A stretch of DNA of 64,000 nt, taken from assembly GCF_032062105.1 (NCBI RefSeq), contig NW_026935443.1, positions 186,001 through 250,000 of the forward strand, read 5' to 3'. Position 1 is the first letter of the stretch. Every line of letters starts with the position of its first letter. Of this stretch, positions 60,810 through 64,000 are shown in pieces. Under the pieces are notes generated by a model, which was not told the DNA's origin, did not search any database, and saw only the letters and a program-made list of their open reading frames with translations. The stretch comes from Saccostrea cucullata. Its lineage: Eukaryota. A program made the position numbers and the translations under genes.

Positions 60810-63414
60810 TTTTTAGCTTCAAGGCTAATTACAGATCACATTTTGTGCCAATATGAGTTTCCGTCTGTAAAAAACATTTTTGACTTCTTCTAAGGACACA
60901 CAATTTTAACCAATCTTGGTACAAAACATCATTGGGTGATGGGGAGTTTAAATTATTAAAATGAAGGGCCAAGTCCCCTCACAAGGGGAGATAATCAAGA
61001 AAAGGCAAAAATAGGGTGGGGTCATTAAAAAATTTTCTTCTCAAGAACCACTGGGCCAGAAAAGCTGAAACTTATGTGGAAGCATCCTGAGGTAGTGTAG
61101 ATTCTAAATTGTTCAAATCATGACCCCCGGGGGTAGGGTGGGGCCACAATGGGGAATCAAAAGTTTTACACAGAAATATATAGGAAAAATCCTTAAGAAT
61201 CTTCTGCTTAAGAACCACTGGGCCAGAAAAGCTGAAAAATATGTGGAAGCATCATGGGATAGTGTACATTCAAAATTGTTAAAATCAGGACACAATAGGA
61301 AGTTTTACATAGAAATATATAAATACTTTAAAAATATTCTTCTCAAGAACCACTGGGCCAGAACAGCTGGAAGCTTCCTTGGGTAGTGTAACTAAATTAT
61401 TCAAATTATGATGCCACAATTGGAAATCAAATTTTATATTTCATAATATAAAATAAATTTTATAATCATATTACAACAAAAGAGCCAAATTTAACATTAC
61501 AATTATAGCATTTTCTTCTTTATATAACACAACTGATTTTATTGAGTGACTCAAAAGTTTGTACTTTGTATTCATAGTAACATAAGAAAAAAAAAATCTG
61601 TCCTTGTAATGTATTGGGTTTTATAACGTAATGAATACTGAATTCAAAAACTTACTTGCTCAACTCAACTTTGGACCATATAATATTTTCTAAAGAAATA
61701 TGAATTGGAGTCTTATTCATTAATAAAATAAAAGATAAGAGTCTATGCTATAAATAATATTCATCGACACATCCAGTTTTTGAGTATCTGTGACGTATAA
61801 AACAAAATGAAAACGTAGTATTTAACCCTCATATGTTGACCTTTTTGCACTTAAAATTAAGCATTTACCAAAAATAGGACTAGAGGAGCACTAAAAAAAT
61901 TTGGATGTTGTCATGTGTAAACACTTGCTTTAATAAGTCTACATGCAAAAAATAATTTAAATCCATGACATGCGATGTGCCATCCATTGTCTGGTTTTTC
62001 GGTGAACAGCCTCTTAAATTTTTAAATATTGAACATAAAAAAAATTGTAAACTTCACTGCTGCTGAAAAAGACCGTTACTAATCCAAGTGATAATATGGT
62101 GTGCTTTGACACTATGTATGCAGTCTTTTTGGTTACTCTGAAAAATGGAGAGAAATTCAGTGCTCGATGCAGAGAGCCTTGTGGGCACTGGTACTAACCC
62201 TAAGTATAAAAGATGTAGACGTGAAGAATTTTATTAAAAAGTCTGGTACAGGAAAAATATTAAAAATATTAAACTTATTAGTCAAATGTCGAAAAAAAGT
62301 CCAGCAAACTCTCTAATTTAAAGAGCTTAATTGTAAAGACGGTTTCTCTTGCAGAGACAGATTATAATTTGGTTGAAAACAGGATTATCTAATGAATAAA
62401 CAATAAAATTCCTGAAAATGGTGGTTAATATTTTTCAGCAATCGGTATCTATTTTTAGACATCAAGAACCACTGGGCCAGAAAAGCTGAAACTGATGTGG
62501 AATCATCCTGGGGTAGTGTAGACTCTAAATTGTTCAAATTATGACCCCTGGGGGTAGGGCAGGGCCACAATTGGAAATCAAATTTTACATAGAAATATAA
62601 AGGAAAAATTTTTAAAATCTTCTTCTCAAGAACCACTGGGACAGGAAAGCTGAAAGTTATGTAGAAGCATTCTGGGGTAGTGTAGATTCTAAATTGTTCA
62701 AATCATGACCCCCGAGGGTAGGGCGGGGCCACAATGGGAAATCAAAGTTTTACATAGAAATATATAAGAAAAATCTTTAAAAATATTCTTCTCAAGAACC
62801 ACTGGGCCAGAAAAGCTGAAACTTATGTGGAAGCTTCCTTGGGTAGTGTAGACTCTAAATTATTCAAATTATGACCCCTGGGGGTAGGGCAGGGCCACAA
62901 TTGGAAATCAAATTTTACATAGAAATATAAAGGAAAAATTTTTAAAATCTTCTCAAGAACCACTGGGACAGGAAAGCTGAAACTTATATAGAAGCTTCTA
63001 AATTGTTCAAATCATGACCCCCAAAGCATGGGAAATCAAAGTTTTACATAGAAATATATAAGAAAAATCATAAAAAATCTTCTCAAGAACCACTGGGCCA
63101 GAATAGCTGAAACTTATGTGGAGGCATCCTGGGTTAGTGTAGGTTTTAAATTATTTCAAATCATGACCATGGGGTTTGGGGGGGGCACAATAAGGTCTCA
63201 AAGTTTTTCATAGAAATATATAGAAAAAATCTTTAAAAATCTTCTCCTAAGACCCACTGGGCCAGAAAAGCGGAAACTTTTGTGGAAGCTTCCTGGGATA
63301 GTGTAGATTTCAAATTGTTCAAATCATGACCCCTGGGGGTAAGGTGGGATCACAATATGTATTACAAGGGGAAATCTAGGAAAGAACACACAAATAATGT
63401 CATGGGCCTCTTGT
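60810..63414 (+). mobile_element. Cg170-type HINE array(s) split by ~1 kb of unrelated sequence
   Basis: Monomers at 61030-61430 and 62462-63355; ends atgggcctcttgt. Confidence 0.75.
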
Positions 63415-63717
63415 CAATAATTACAGCAGTGCCAATATGAGTTTTAAAAAAAATCTTGGTTAATATTGTAAGGACACACAAAATCAAACAACAGCTTTTT
63501 ATTTGCTAACTTTGGCTAAAGGCAGAGCAATCAAACATGCTTTCAGTTGTGATTTAGATGGATGTCACATCTGAGAATAATTGTTTTCACAAATACACTC
63601 ACAGCTGGACAACATCTGATGAATTGTAGTATACTTTGAACACAAGTTTTTTGGAAAATTAAGTATTTAAGTGTACTTTTGATGGCTCATCTCCTCTTAT
63701 GTCAATATTTTGTTATA

Positions 63718-63876
63718 CAGTTGACAGTCCATATCCTAAAACACCAGTATCTCCAATACTATGGATATGTCAAAGTGATTTGAAAATTCCAACCACCTTT
63801 TCTTGAAGAATTTTACCCTTGATATCTCAGAGTTTATTCTCAGCCCCATCAAGTTTAAGATCTTGAGGTTTGACTG
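63718..63876. mobile_element. Short Tc1/mariner-like MITE remnant
   Basis: TA|CAGTTGAC..TTTGACTG|TA termini. Confidence 0.45.
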
Positions 63877-64000
63877 TATTTACCACTACAGTTTCTTAGA
63901 AAAGCTGACAAACATGAGCTGACTATGTATTAATACGATGAAAAAAGCGTGACCCTGATTATCTATTTTAAATATTTAGGACATCTTTTGGTCACATGCC

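Overview
AT-rich, intron-rich eukaryotic (animal) DNA, most likely an ostreid oyster. That assignment is inferred from the ~166-bp Cg170/HindIII-type satellite carried in Helentron-like elements and from Penelope-like RT relics. Four spliced genes can be assembled by hand: NAT9 (minus, complete, 7 coding exons), CCDC96/CFAP184 (minus, damaged or duplicated N-terminal exons), TK1 (plus, complete, 7 exons, head-to-head with CCDC96 with 147 bp between the ATGs) and CLEC16A (plus, 18 exons, running off the right edge). Introns and intergenic DNA are dense with non-autonomous DNA transposons (5-, 6- and 9-bp TSDs), satellite-carrying Helentron/HINE elements (some nested), Penelope and RTE fragments and tRNA-derived SINE pieces. 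Most entries in the ORF track are spurious or single-exon fragments. The most unusual observations are tandem arrays of exon-end plus splice donor in two unrelated genes, a GATATC-palindrome foldback element with a 6-bp TSD, and nested Helentrons showing satellite variants arising. I see no evidence for a new protein-coding system.
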